A stretch of DNA of 64,000 bases from Adineta vaga (lineage: Eukaryota; Animalia; Rotifera). A model generated the notes under the pieces. That model made no database searches and was not told the DNA's origin. It saw only the letters and a list, made by a program, of their open reading frames with translations. How positions within the stretch are numbered: the first letter of the stretch is position 1; each line of letters begins with the position of its first letter. The DNA is taken from contig CP075495.1 in assembly GCA_021613535.1 (NCBI GenBank), positions 4,464,001 through 4,528,000 on the forward strand. Direction: 5' to 3'. The position numbers were made by a program, and so were the translations under genes. Shown in pieces: positions 18,048 to 35,200 of the stretch.

Positions 18048-18997
18048 ATAATTATTTTATCATGTCATTGTTTTCTGATCTTTTTGTTTTAAATAAACGT
18101 TTCTTTAAAAAATAATTATTTCCAAGTTATTAATCAGATAGATTTAATATTTTTATGATAATTCCCTTTTCTGTAAGAAAGGGTCATAGAGCGTTAAAAT
18201 CATCGGCTTGAAGAGGTCCGTGAAAAATTTAATTTATCCTGATTTACTTTTCTCTATAGAAAAAAAATTCCTTTTAATACTTTTGGTACCTGTCTCTGTC
18301 TTCATCCAATCTCGTTAAGTGCGTGTACGTTCTGCAGCAATCTATGAACAAATAGAAATAGTAACGAAGGATAAAAATAGAATTTTATTTAAAAAGTTTA
18401 AAAAGAATGATTTCGCTGAGGATTAACGGATGAATGTCTGCAATTATGTAAATGAAACAGAAACAAGTAGTAAAATTTCGATCGTTCACCAGAAAGATTG
18501 CGCAAAATGTTCACGTACTGTTTTAACCAGTTATTGGTTTGTTCATAGACTACGTTATTAACATCATCTAGATCGAAACGTAGATTGATGTTGCGTTCTT
18601 TGCGATACATTGGTCGCGTGTATGTTTTTAGATGAAGACGATCGATGTACATGCCACACGAGTCAAGAAATTATAAGTCATTCTATATGACTTTAAGCAG
18701 CGCTATTGACGAAAATTTTTCTATTTACAGATATTCAATCTTAATAATAGTTTCTGAATCTATGTGTATGTTGGCGTCCATACTCGGATTCAGGCCAATC
18801 TATGCTGTGGTGAAATAGGTAGTTTTTTTTTGCCTTTTGTCTCTTTCTCTTTTTCTATCAGCTCTTGGACATATTCTCTGATTACGATTCATATTTGCGT
18901 TCCTTATAATAAACGTAAAGAATCACTCAAAATGAAATGCTGAATGATAGTTCTGTTTAGAAGAGCTTTGTTGTAAATATTGACTTTTTCTGTGCTA

Positions 18998-19110
18998 ATG
19001 ACGAAGAATAGTTAAGTGCAGAGTACACTTTTGCATCATCTTTCCAGTTCTGATGACGAAGAATAGATATAAGTTTAGGGTTCAGAATACACTTTTGCAT
19101 CATCCTGTCC
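18998..19110. repeat. Imperfect ~55-bp tandem duplication upstream of ACO2
   Basis: Two copies of ATGACGAAGAATAG...CAGARTACACTTTTGCATCATC. Confidence 0.7.
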
Positions 19111-19291
19111 TGTTCTCGTGCATATTATATAATATGAAGTATTCATTGGAGAAGAAATCATCCAATAAAATCACTATTTTTTTCTTTCTCTGATCCGATT
19201 CGCCTGGTTTCAAAACTGTCCGTATACCTTTGTGCGATTTTCTTTTATTTACGATCAGTTTTATTATTGATATTGATCTGATCTATTCAAA

Positions 19292-22748
<3,457 letters not shown>

Positions 22749-25700
22749 TCAATAAAATCTACATTCTCCTTTCCTCTTTCTTATTCCATATTTCTATTCA
22801 ACATCTGCTTATATTTACTGACATTAAAAAACTTTTAAAGAGTATATCTGACAAATTTTGTTTTATTTGATATATTATGAACCTGCGTTTTTTCTTTCTA
22901 TACTCACGAAAAAACACAAACATATATCTATCTATGTTAGCTTCTTTGTTTTTTATTCTAAAACAAAATGTCGTTTTCCCTGATATCATCATAAACAATC
23001 TTTCTGAGCATATTGTCAATAAAGATCAATAAACAATGGTTCATTTTCGATTATATTTTTCCAGTTGTTTCTAAATAACATACATTTTAAACGAGTAAAT
23101 AATGAACATAGTTACATGACTATAAATATCATTAAGAATAATTACATTCTTTATTAGATGATTACAATGCACATTATTTACAAGTGATTACATGAACAAT
23201 GAATATAAAGGCATTCATTTTCATTTCTACTAAACAAAGTTGTAACTGCTCTTTTCTCTTTTCTATATAAACTATAGATACACGTTCATAGATATCTAAA
23301 CATCTGTATCAGATTCTTTATGACAGATTGCTCACTATCTTTTTTTGATTAATTTCCGCCAGTTATAAACAATCGCTTTATATATTTTCTTTCAAATCAT
23401 TATTTGAACTTATTCATACATTTGAAAATCCTATTGAAAACTTCGAGTAGATCTATCTTATTTTTGCTTTCGAATATCAAATATCGATTTTACTACGATA
23501 ATTTTAATAAACCCACAAGAATTGATTATAAACATATCAGATATCTGGATCTATTCTTTGCATGTATGTATCTGATATCCATTTAGATGAAGAAACTAAG
23601 TGTATCATGTATATAGAAGTTTCTTTTTTTTTCTATCTTAATATAATTAGATCAATACCAAGGGAGTTTGTGATAAATATCTATCGCGATATGAATATTG
23701 ATTGGAAAGAGACATGGTGGGATATTTTGACAACAATTAAATTCAGACATCTGCACTCGATCGTATGCACCTAGTGATGACATTTTTTTGTATTGCTATC
23801 TTTTATACACTTCGAAGATGATCAATGACAATTTTATATAATGATATTGGCATTTAAGGTAATAAAATGTCAAGAGTTTATATTCTATGTATGTATGTAT
23901 GTACGTACAGAAAAGAATCTTTTTTTTTCTTCTTCTGTTTCGTCATCGTAGAATTGAATAAAGACGACTAATAGAAAAAAATAATCATCTGCACCATAAA
24001 TAGGACACTCCTTTGTTACCATTGAAGCATTGTTCATGCATGATAGAGCATAGAATATTGGATCAAAAACAAGTAGACTTACTCTTTAGAAAATAGATTA
24101 TAGTGAAGTGCATGATTCCTCGAGGCAATTTATAATTAAATTCGAAGATCGCAGAAATGACAATAATTTAATTTTAACCAAAAACAAAATTTGAATCAGT
24201 AAGTTATGAAAAATGACAACAAAAAAAAGACCCTAGTGAGTTGAAGAAATCAGGTGACGTATTCTTTTTTTCTTCTGACTCTGACATCTAGGAAATATTT
24301 CAGCTGTCAAACATGGGAGAAACTAATTAGGTTAGAATAGCAGTCGAGAAACAATTTGTTGTTTTCTATAAGATATATTATATATAAATTGTTATTTTAT
24401 TTCTCCTATGTCATAATCAGGTAATTTATTCTTTATTACATTTGTTAATAGATTGATTTTCTGTCGTTGTCAACCAGTCATAAGGGAAAACCAATCGATG
24501 TATTTGCTTTTTGTTTTTTTTCACCGTTTATCTATTTATCGATCAATTGACCTTGTTAAGCTTCATAAAAGACAACAAAAGTGTTATTATAATAACTAAT
24601 AGGATATTTAAGGAAAAAAATTTGTGTCTTGACTATTCGAAAGAGAGAAAAGAAAAAAGAACGGGAACATTATCGTTCGTTTTTTTCTGCTATTTAACTA
24701 TGTTATTCTTTTGCTTTGATTTGAAAATGTTAAATAAGATTATTGATAACGCATCTAAAGTAATACAATTAATAAAGAATATAGAAGAAAACAAGACGCA
24801 TCTATGTTGATGGAAATCAAAAAAAACAAAAATAGCATGTCTGTTTTTTTCTTCCATTGATAGAATTAGTTAGAAGATATGTGAATATATACATGCCATA
24901 TATATCTTACTCAGCAAGACTTTTCGTCGTTTTCTTTTCTTCTTGACTGCTTGATTATAGATAGATATAATACATTAACAAGGAAGTTTGCTCGTAGAGA
25001 GTAATGTTATTTTTAAGATGAAGAAATGAGCAAGTGAACAAAACGGATGTTGTCGTTTTCTTTTTTTTACCGTCTCTATGAATAATAAAAGAATGCATCC
25101 GTTCTGTCATGATAGGACCAGATTTTGACATAGATGAACGATGATAACCAACTAAAGACTTTGTTCAATAAACATATAGAGAATGTTCTTTCTTATACTT
25201 CATCTATTTTTGTTCGTTCTTCTTTATTACTCGAAGAACAGCTTATGTTTTTTCCTTCTTTTCTTTCTTATTCTTGCAATATGTGGTAAACATAGAGATG
25301 CATATATGTCTGTTACTATGTTTTCCTAGTATCACCATCGGCACATTCTCGAGACGATAGTTAAGTATACATAGTCGGTCAGATGGTAAAACACATCACA
25401 AGCTAGACTTAACTAGGAATAGATTATATATGCATTGTTGTTTCTTAGAATAAACGTGAGAAAACTGTCCTATGTATCATATCTATTTAGGCTGTATTTC
25501 ATTTAGAACGACGTAAGGTTTTTTCTTTTTCTTTTTCTTCTTCTTCTCCTTCTGATGCAATTGAAAAAACATCAAATAACAGTAATAGCCAATACTACTG
25601 TTATTAGAAATAAAAAAGAAGAAAATAGAAGTGCGAAACACACATACACGTTTTCTGTTCTCCCTGTTGAAAAAGAAAAATATTATGTCTAGAGCTATCG

Positions 25701-26280
25701 ACCACTTGGCATATGTCACGAGAGTTAATCAAGAGCATGTAATCAATTCATTTTTTGTTTCATATGGTAAGTGTTGCAGAAAACTCAAGGACTTATTATT
25801 GTTATCAATGTTATTGTTCTTTGTCAATATAGTGATGAAACAACGAGGACGAACATTAGAATATTAGAAAATGTTTTGGCCTTACGTGTTTATTAATAAT
25901 TCATAACAGGAAACACATCTATAGATATAGACTTTTTTTCTGCCTACTATCAATGGCCATGCGACGAGAACAAACGAATACCTTTTGCTCCATCAATCTC
26001 TTATCAATCATCAGGACGAAGAAGAAGAAGAAGAAGACGAAAGAGCGAGAAGAAGGAGGAGAAGAAGGAGAAGAAGAAAAAAACGGTAGAGAAGAAAAGG
26101 AAAAGATCGATTCTTTCTTTTTTTTTTTCTTCTTTTGTTCTATCATACTTGTTACATGCACACTATATACTCGTTATTTAGAAGGGCCTATCATCTATTA
26201 AGAAAAAAACCGTTCGTTTTTTTTTCTTCTATTGTATTTATTTACTGTAGGTAAGCAACTAGACGTCAGTTGATGATAGT

Positions 26281-29200
26281 ATGGAGTCAAGTTTGACGTC
26301 GAGTTTCCTGAAAATTGGTGATACAGTAGCTTTATATGCCGAAGGAACAGTTTGTGGATTTATTAGTACACTTGGGTAAGATACATTTGTTACTTTCAAT
26401 TTTATAATGAAGTTTTTCGTAATATTCAATTAATAGTCTTGTTGATGATCGATGTGTCGTACAACCTGATGCCGGTGATTTACAAAAACCACCAAAAAAA
26501 TTTCGCGGTAAAGATAAATTTTGATCAGGAAAAAAAACGATTGTATCTAACAATCTGATTTTTATCTTCATCCATAGATTGTTTGTTTCGTATATGTCCC
26601 AGTCATCGTTATAGCGCTCAAACTCAATATTGGAATGCTTTGAAAAGTCCAAGTGCTGTTCGAGATTTGAAAAAATTACAATTAGCAGCAGATACAGAAA
26701 AACGTCAAAATGAGGAAGAAAGTCGGAAACAAACGGGTACAATTATTAAATATGGCGATACAGTTGTTCAATTACTTCATATTAAAAGTAATAAATATTT
26801 AACAGTGAATAAACGTCTCCCAGCATTTTTGGAAAAAAATGCCATGCGTGTTTCTCTCGATGTTAGTGGTACTGAAGGTTCATGGTTTCAAATCGAACCA
26901 TATTATAAATTACGTGCGAAAGGCGAACGTGTACGTTTTCTTTAGTTTTGTACATGATTAATAATTTCTCCTAGGAAATTAATATGTTCTCTAGGTTGTA
27001 GTTGGTGATAAAGTTGTATTGATGCCATATAGTGGTGGACAACCATTACATGTTAGTGAATTAGAATTACCAGATCATCCTGGTTCCAAAGAAGTACGTA
27101 GAGATATTTTCGTTTTCTAATCATAAGTATGAAATTCGACATTCCAACTGGTTAAAATCAAAGAGAGATTATTGTGAAAGAAAAAAAAACAAAATTAACT
27201 TTCTTCTAGTGCTGCAGTGTTATTAATTTACATACGGTATTAAAAGAATGAGATTTGATTCGTTTTGAAAATGCAGTGCAGTTTTTGTTTGTTATTTTTC
27301 TAATGCATGTGCAATGTGATTGATATTTTTATTTTCTCTGTTATTTAGATCAATTGTTATTCATATACTTCCGTATGTTTGATGTGCATTTGTAGACACA
27401 CACACACACGCATTAGCACATTAATAAGAAACAAAAAATTCTCATTTTATTTGCCTGTCAAATGAGATAAATTTGCTTTTTCACGTATCTTTCTATAATA
27501 TTTCAATGGTGAAAGTTTTTCAGAGAGATTAGGATAATACGATTTGAATGCATGTCAGATTTTTCTATTCATGGATAATAATGATGATTACAGGTTTTGG
27601 TTCTTGAATGAAACTTATGCAAGATTTCATAACTAATTTTTTTGTTCGAAATTGTTTAACAGAATGAAATGAATATCTTTTAACGATTTTTTTCCCTATG
27701 CACTGCATCCCCACGCTTTTCATATCAGTATTGTTTTCAGTGGAGTTATATTTTAATCAAAAAAAAAGAAAGAAAACGATTTGAATCGAGAATTTATTTA
27801 AAATTCTGTTTTTACTCAATAGGTTAATTCTCATCTACAAACAAGTTGGAAAATTGTTTTATTTATGTCATGCTATGAAGGTACTAATGAAGTATTGAAA
27901 AGTGTAAGTTTAAATTTCTTTTGTTTCTTTGAAAATAAAATCTAATTCATTTAAAGGGTGATATTGTTCGTTTATTTCATGCTGAACAAGAGAAATTTCT
28001 GACATGTGATAATTATCGAAAGAAAAGTGTTGTATTTCTACGTGCGACAGGTCGTGCATCAGCAACATCAGCGACGTCATCAAATGCATTGTGGGAAATT
28101 GAAGTTGTTCAACAGGATCCATGTCGTGGTGGTGTTGGTCAATGGAATTCATTATTTCGTTTTAAACATCTAGCTACTGGACAATATCTTGCTGCTGAAG
28201 TTGATAATGATCAAACATTTGATGCAACACGACAAAAATTACGTGGCCCACCCGGTACACCTGTGTTTGCTCTCGTACCTATTCCACATGGTTATGATAT
28301 ATCATCAATATTTGAACTTGATCCAACTACGATAACACGTAATGAAGAAGCTGTACCATGGGGTTCTTATGTACGTTTACAACACATTTGTACGAATACA
28401 TGGGTACATTCAACAAATATTAAATTAGATCCAGATGATGATAATGTTCGTTTTAAAATTGGTTGTGCATTAACAAAAGAAGATCGAGAAGCATTTCAAA
28501 TTGTACATGTATCACCCGATGAAGTACGAGATTTAGATTTTGCTAATGATGCTGCCCAACATTTTGATATGACGGTTTCCAAATGGGAAAAAATTGGAGT
28601 AATGAATGTTCATGCAAATGATAGAAAGTAAGTTCAGATATATATATTTCTTCGAATGAAAAGACGATTCTCTTACATGAAGTATTAGCAAGGTCTTCTT
28701 TCTTCTGTCAAAGATAAACTAATAAATCAAGGATTATTGTATAGATAAAACTAGTTGACAACCGACGAACGAGATAGATGATGATGAAAATAATTTCCGA
28801 TTAGATACAAGTACAATATCGAAATGATAACAAATAATATATATTTTTTCTCTATATTAAGATATGAGAATACATTAGGTCAAAGAAATATGATTAAACA
28901 TATGAAAATCAAAATGTATTTTGTCATACAATTGACAATTGTTCTATAAATAGAAGAAAATGATTGAAATACATATTACTTATCGTGTTTGAAAGAAAAA
29001 TCATGAAATTTCATTCCTTATTCTTTAGACAAGTGATATTACTCTTAACTGATATTGTATATTTTCTTGCTTGTCAAGAAAATAATGGAAGTGATCCATT
29101 CGATGTTCAAATTTTAAAACCTAATCGTGAACGTCAAAAATTAATTCGTGAACAGAATATTCTAAAACAAGTAGATTTCTTCTTCAAGATTGTTACATAT

Positions 29201-32200
29201 CTATATCCTCTTCCATCTAGTTATTTCGTATTCTACGTGTAGTAAAACCTCGATTAGAACAAGAACGTTCCAATGTTCATGCAAACAATGCTTCGTCATC
29301 ATCATCATCATCAATAACAACGACACGTCCGGATTTTCATTCTAATCAATATCAAAATTCAGGAGCCATTAATAATGATACATATGGATCATCACAACAA
29401 CAAGATGCAGATATACGTTTCTCAACGACATTTTATCAAATGAAAACCATCTGTCGACTATGTTATCGAATTCTCAAACATTGTCAACAAGAATATCGAA
29501 AAAATCAAGTACGAAATATGTTTTTTTAACTTATCTTGCATTTAATTTAATATTAGGAAACAATTGCGAAAGAATTTTCTTTCATGCAATCTCAAATTGG
29601 TTATGATATATTAGCTGAAGATACGATCACAGCATTATTACATAATAATAAGAAATTATTAGAAAAACATATAACAGAAAAAGAAATTGATACATTTGTT
29701 AAATTATTACGAGAAAAACGCGATTGCAAGTAATGATCCAATGAATAATTTCTTTCAAGCAAAAAAAAAACTTCGATTTCATTTCTTAGATTTCTTGAAT
29801 ATTTGTCAGATTTATGTGTATCAAGTAATCAAGCTATAGCAAGAACACAAGAAATGATATGTAAATCTGTTTTGGAGAAAAATTCGGATATTTTAATTCG
29901 AACAAAGTTTGTGATCAAAAAACGATTTTATGTTCTTATTCATAGTAGAAATTTGAATATCTTAGATTGGAAGTAAAAGGATGTGTAGAAGATATGATCT
30001 TAGATGATAATGTCAGTCCACCAACTGGTTTTTCAAATCAAAATTTTTTACGTGAAGTTATATTAACATGGGATGGGAAATCAGAATCAATTGAATTTAT
30101 GGCTGGTGTAGTTCGAGATCAATTAGCACATCCAAGACGAGAAGAATTTCGAAGTATTTTAGAATATTACAGGTAAATACGAATATTAACAAAGCAAATT
30201 TTTCAATGACATTCAGCTATAATGTAGGATAATTCATTACTTCATGGACGAATGCTAATATTAGGAATAGCTTCTATTTATCCATCAAGTTTTTATCTCT
30301 CCTTCATTAATTGTCTATGATCCTTTAAAATACTCTGTTTAGTCTCTATCTCATTATAAAAACAATGAATTTTCAGTACATTAATTATGCTAAACTTAAT
30401 ACGTACTAATTTAACTATTCTTGTATTGAATCAGGAAATGTTCAGAAGTGATTTGACTTACCTTATTAAGATAATTCAAATGCATGTAAAATTTTATCAT
30501 TTATATTTTTCTATCTTAGATATCAACTCAATTTATTCTCTCATATGTGCTTTGATCGACAATATTTAGCCATTGACAATTTATCTCTAGAACTATCGAT
30601 TGATTTAATCTTAACGTAAGTTTACAAGAAGAAAAGGATCATACATATATTTTTCTTCTTTTCAGATGTACAAAAAGCGAAAATCTTCCAGCAGATTTAC
30701 GTGCTGCTTTCTGTCGTTTAATGGTTCATATGCATGTTAATCGTGATCCACAAGAAGAAGTTACACGTATCAAATATGCTCGATTATGGAATCAAGTGAA
30801 ACCAGCTATTTCTTTAAATGAGTATATAATCAAATAGAAAACGACGATAGAATATTCTATATTGTTTGACAATATCTATTTAGTTATGATCAAACTATTA
30901 GTGGATCACTTGAACCAGCAGAAAAGAACGAAAATCGTCCAAAATTTGAATCTACAATGAAATTTGTTGAAGATTATTTGAAAACAGTTGTTGAACAACC
31001 CAATTCATTTTCTGATCGTGAACAAAATAAATTAACACATGAAGTAAAAGAGAATGAAAAGAAAATATATTTCTTGAAATGAATCAATATATTCTTTTTC
31101 AAGGTTGTCAATTTAGCTCGTCGATTGATATTCTTTGGTTTCTATAGTTTCGAAGATTTACTGAAACTTACTCAAACATTATTGGGTATTCTCGATACAA
31201 GTAAAGTTCTATCGAATAATATTCATCCATTAGCAATAGAACAAGGTAAGAATTCTTTGATTGATTTTTGTTATTAAAATAAATATTTCTTTAGCTACTA
31301 AACTTGGAACGAATTCAAAATCGAATAAATATGATCATGTTATTTCTTCTACAACATCATATCCAGTACCAGATTCTACAGTTGAACAACAAACTGATGT
31401 TCTCGATGATTTAGCCTATGAAACAAAGATGAATGTTATTGCAATTTTAGAATTTATTCTTGATATTCGTCTTGATTTTCGTATATCTCGACTTATATCG
31501 ATTTTCAAACAAAAATACGATCGTTTAGGTATATAGTTGATAATTCAATTGATTCTTTAATTGTAAATATTTCTAGAACCATCAAATATTTTAACTGGTA
31601 TGGATTTACAAATAGCTGATATTGAATGTATATTTGATTCGAATACGAATCCTATCAATGAACCAAATCTTGATTTGGATGATGCAAAAGGAAAGATTTT
31701 TCTTAAAGTTTTATTGAATTTAATCATGCATGATTATCAACCATTAGTATCACGTGCATTATCATTACTTTTTCGACATTTTAATCAACGTAAAGAAACA
31801 CTTCAACATTTAAATCAAGTTCAATTACTTGTTAGTGAAACGGATATTAAAAATTATAAGCAAATTAAACGTGATCTTGATCAATTACGATTGTTTGTGG
31901 AAAAATCTGAATTATGGGTTTATAAAAAAGGTAAAGATGGCGGATCAATAACAGCCGGTGGAAATGAAGCAAATGCAGATCAAGATGATAGAAAAGATGA
32001 TGAATTTGAAATCAAAGTAAAAATCAAAGGAATTATTCTATATTAAGATAAACATATTCTATTGAATTCAATAGAAATTAGCTACATCATCGGGTTTAAC
32101 CGATCCAGATTTAGATATCAATGGTCCTAATGTAAGCGAAGAATCAGCCTATCGGTATACATCAATCTTCCAGGTTAGTATTTACACACACACATAAGTT

Positions 32201-35200
32201 TTGTTTAACTCTTCTATTTTTCAACTCAATACTTATAAAAACAAGATATAAATATTGCTTATTTATTAATCAATTTACACTCAGTAATTCCGAATATTCC
32301 ATACACGAAAACATTTTAATCGTTTTTCGAGTCAAATGTCTGAGTATCTATCTATTTTCGTAGGGCATACATACATTCATTGACACGGTAATTGGAATAC
32401 TATTTTTCTCTCTATACATATCCATATATATATATATACCTATATATCTATCTATTCAAAATGTTATTTGATTCAATTGCACATTTGTTTTTTCTTCTTT
32501 GATTGTTCTTTTATTCTTATTCTGGGTCGAACTTGCTTCTCTAGCAATATAAACTAAATCAGAGAAGCATTTGATTGTTGTTGCATGATTAAAATTAAGA
32601 CGAAAAAGAAGCCATAATCAAAAATGGTTACCCATACATTCTTAAGCATGTTTCACTTATTTTTTCAAAGAAATTTAATTATTTCTTATATTAAAATAAG
32701 CATGCTGGTATTGATTGGCTTGTAGAACTAATCTATCATTTGTTTGTAATTAACACATACATACACATACACACACAAAAGAAATGCATTTCTTAATTTA
32801 GAATTTTCAATCTTATTCCATTAATTTTCATATTTAGATTCTTCGTCGAATGATGAAATTGTGTGTTGTTGAAGGTCCAGATGGAAATTTATATGCTCGA
32901 GAAAATGAACAACGTTTATTAAGAAACATGGATGTTCATGTTGTTGTGCTTGATTTATTAAAAATTCCTTATGATAAAGTAGATCTGAATTGAATTTTGA
33001 GTTTAAGAAAAAAAACCATGTTTTTTCTTTAGGCTGAAGATACACGAATGAATCATATTATGAAATTAGCACATAATCTTTTACAATATTTTTGCTATAA
33101 TAATCCAACTAATCAAGCTAAATTGTATGAATTATATTTCAGTGATTATCAGCAGATATCTGAAGTAAAGAAAACTTTCATTAATATATTTGAATTCTAT
33201 TGAATTTCATTTACTTTTAGGAACAAGAAGTTGAAACTTGTTGTTATATATTTATGAATAATGTCCAACTATGTAAAACAATAACAGAAAAACATATTCA
33301 ACATTTTGTTCATTTGATTGAATTACATGGACGAAAAGTTCTATATATCAAATTTTTACAAACAATTGTCAAAGCAGAAAATCAATATATCAAAAATTGT
33401 CAAGATGTTGTCATGTCAGAAGTAGGAAATTCTATTTGAAACAAAGGAAAAAAAATGAAATTTGTTGGATGTGTGTTGTTGTTTTTTGTAGTTAGTTAGT
33501 TCGGATGAAGTATTAATGTTTTATGAAAAAGGAAATTTAGCAGATCTTGTTGAACGTATGCAATCAGAAACTGAACGTACAGATCCAAATTCTTTATTAA
33601 ATTATCATATTCAACTTGTACATCTTCTTGCAATGTGTACTGAAGGAAAAAATGCATCAACTGAAATCAAATGTCATTCATTAATTGGTCTAGATGATAT
33701 TGTTTTAATTGTAACACATCCAGATTGTATTCCAGAAGTTTGTGTTCGAAATGAAATGACTATTGTTATTTTAATGATATATTTTTATTTAGGTTAAAAA
33801 TGCGTATATTACATTCTTAAATCATTGTTATATCGATACAGAAGTTGAAATGAAAGAAATTTACAATAGCCAACATATTTATACTCTTATTGAAAGTTCA
33901 TTTTGTCCTGATATTGAAAAAGTAATTGAATTCTTTATTTAAACAAAAGAATTATTTAATGTATTTCGTTTAGTTAATTACAAAACTAATGGAACGTCGA
34001 AATCTGGAAAAATATATCTTAGATACTGTATCTGATTTAATCAATCAATTCTTTAATTCACCATTTTTTGAACAATCTTCAGCACCACAGGTAATACAAA
34101 GAAAACTCTATTCATCTTATTTAATATTTGTTCTAAGTTGGTACAAGATAGTTTTTTTCGAAAATATTAAAATCCCTTTTGTAATGTAAACATGAGACTT
34201 ACTCCTAGGATCCATGCTTGCTCAATGATGGTCGATCAATTGAGATTGCTCCATCAATAATACTAATTGCTTCGTGGGAGGTACTCTTATCATTTAGAAA
34301 TCAAAGCTAACAGATAGTTGACAATACATAACATTTTGCATGTTTATTCGATCAATTGTTTGTTTGTTATTCGTCTTTATATTTTACTCTCTTCTTACAG
34401 CTTATTGATAACGATGAATTGAAGGTAAGCACATCGGAAATAAAAGCAATATCAAGCGAAATTTTTACCCATAAGCTTCATTCCTACAGTTCATTTTCTT
34501 TTTCTTTTGGTACGGCAAAAGTATACAGCTCATGCGCATTTCATATCGCTGCACGTTCGGATTGTACATATTCTATCTATTGTTTTTGGCAAATTGAAAA
34601 TCGATTAAATATCATGTCTAAATCCATGTTTTATTCGTAATTTTTATCTTTAGCATCGCAATACAATATTAGTATCATTGCATAGTCATCTTGCTCGATT
34701 ATTAAGTGTACCATGGTTATCATCATCGCAACGTGAACGAATCGATCGATGTATTCATATTTTATCATTAATTGGTAATAAAAAGGAAAAATTAATTACC
34801 TAAAGATTTCGTATTCTTATCAATTTTAGCTGATCGTCGTGGGTTGAGTCATTTCTTACGTTCAAATCATTCAACAGTTGCAGAAATTACTAGTCGTTCA
34901 CGACGAACAAGTCGGAGTGCAACAGCTGATCGAATGCATAGTGTTGAACATATTTATACATCAGGCCATAAACTTGATACTCTCGAAGATGTTGAACATA
35001 AACGTGTTATTGATAATTTCGTGGTATGAAACAAATTAGAACTATTCTTGAATATTTGAATCTATTATTTTTTACCTAGGATTTTCTTTCGCAAGTCAGC
35101 ATTAGATTAAATCCACTTGTTCAAGCTGAAGGTAGTGTATTAGTGGATGTTATTCGTGCACCATATGCATTATTTCCTGAAACAAATGAATGTCGATTAA

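Noticed and set aside
22800-26280. 3.5-kb gap before ITPR as a hidden gene
   Set aside because: No convincing exon chain; more likely the ACO2 3' region plus ITPR regulatory or 5' UTR sequence.
28741-28810. Coding-looking stretch ([17 protein letters not shown]) in a long ITPR intron
   Set aside because: The nearby upstream acceptors give an immediate stop in the required phase 2.
30343-30375. Possible 33-nt ITPR micro-exon
   Set aside because: Frame-compatible, but intron-like composition and a weak donor make chance likely.
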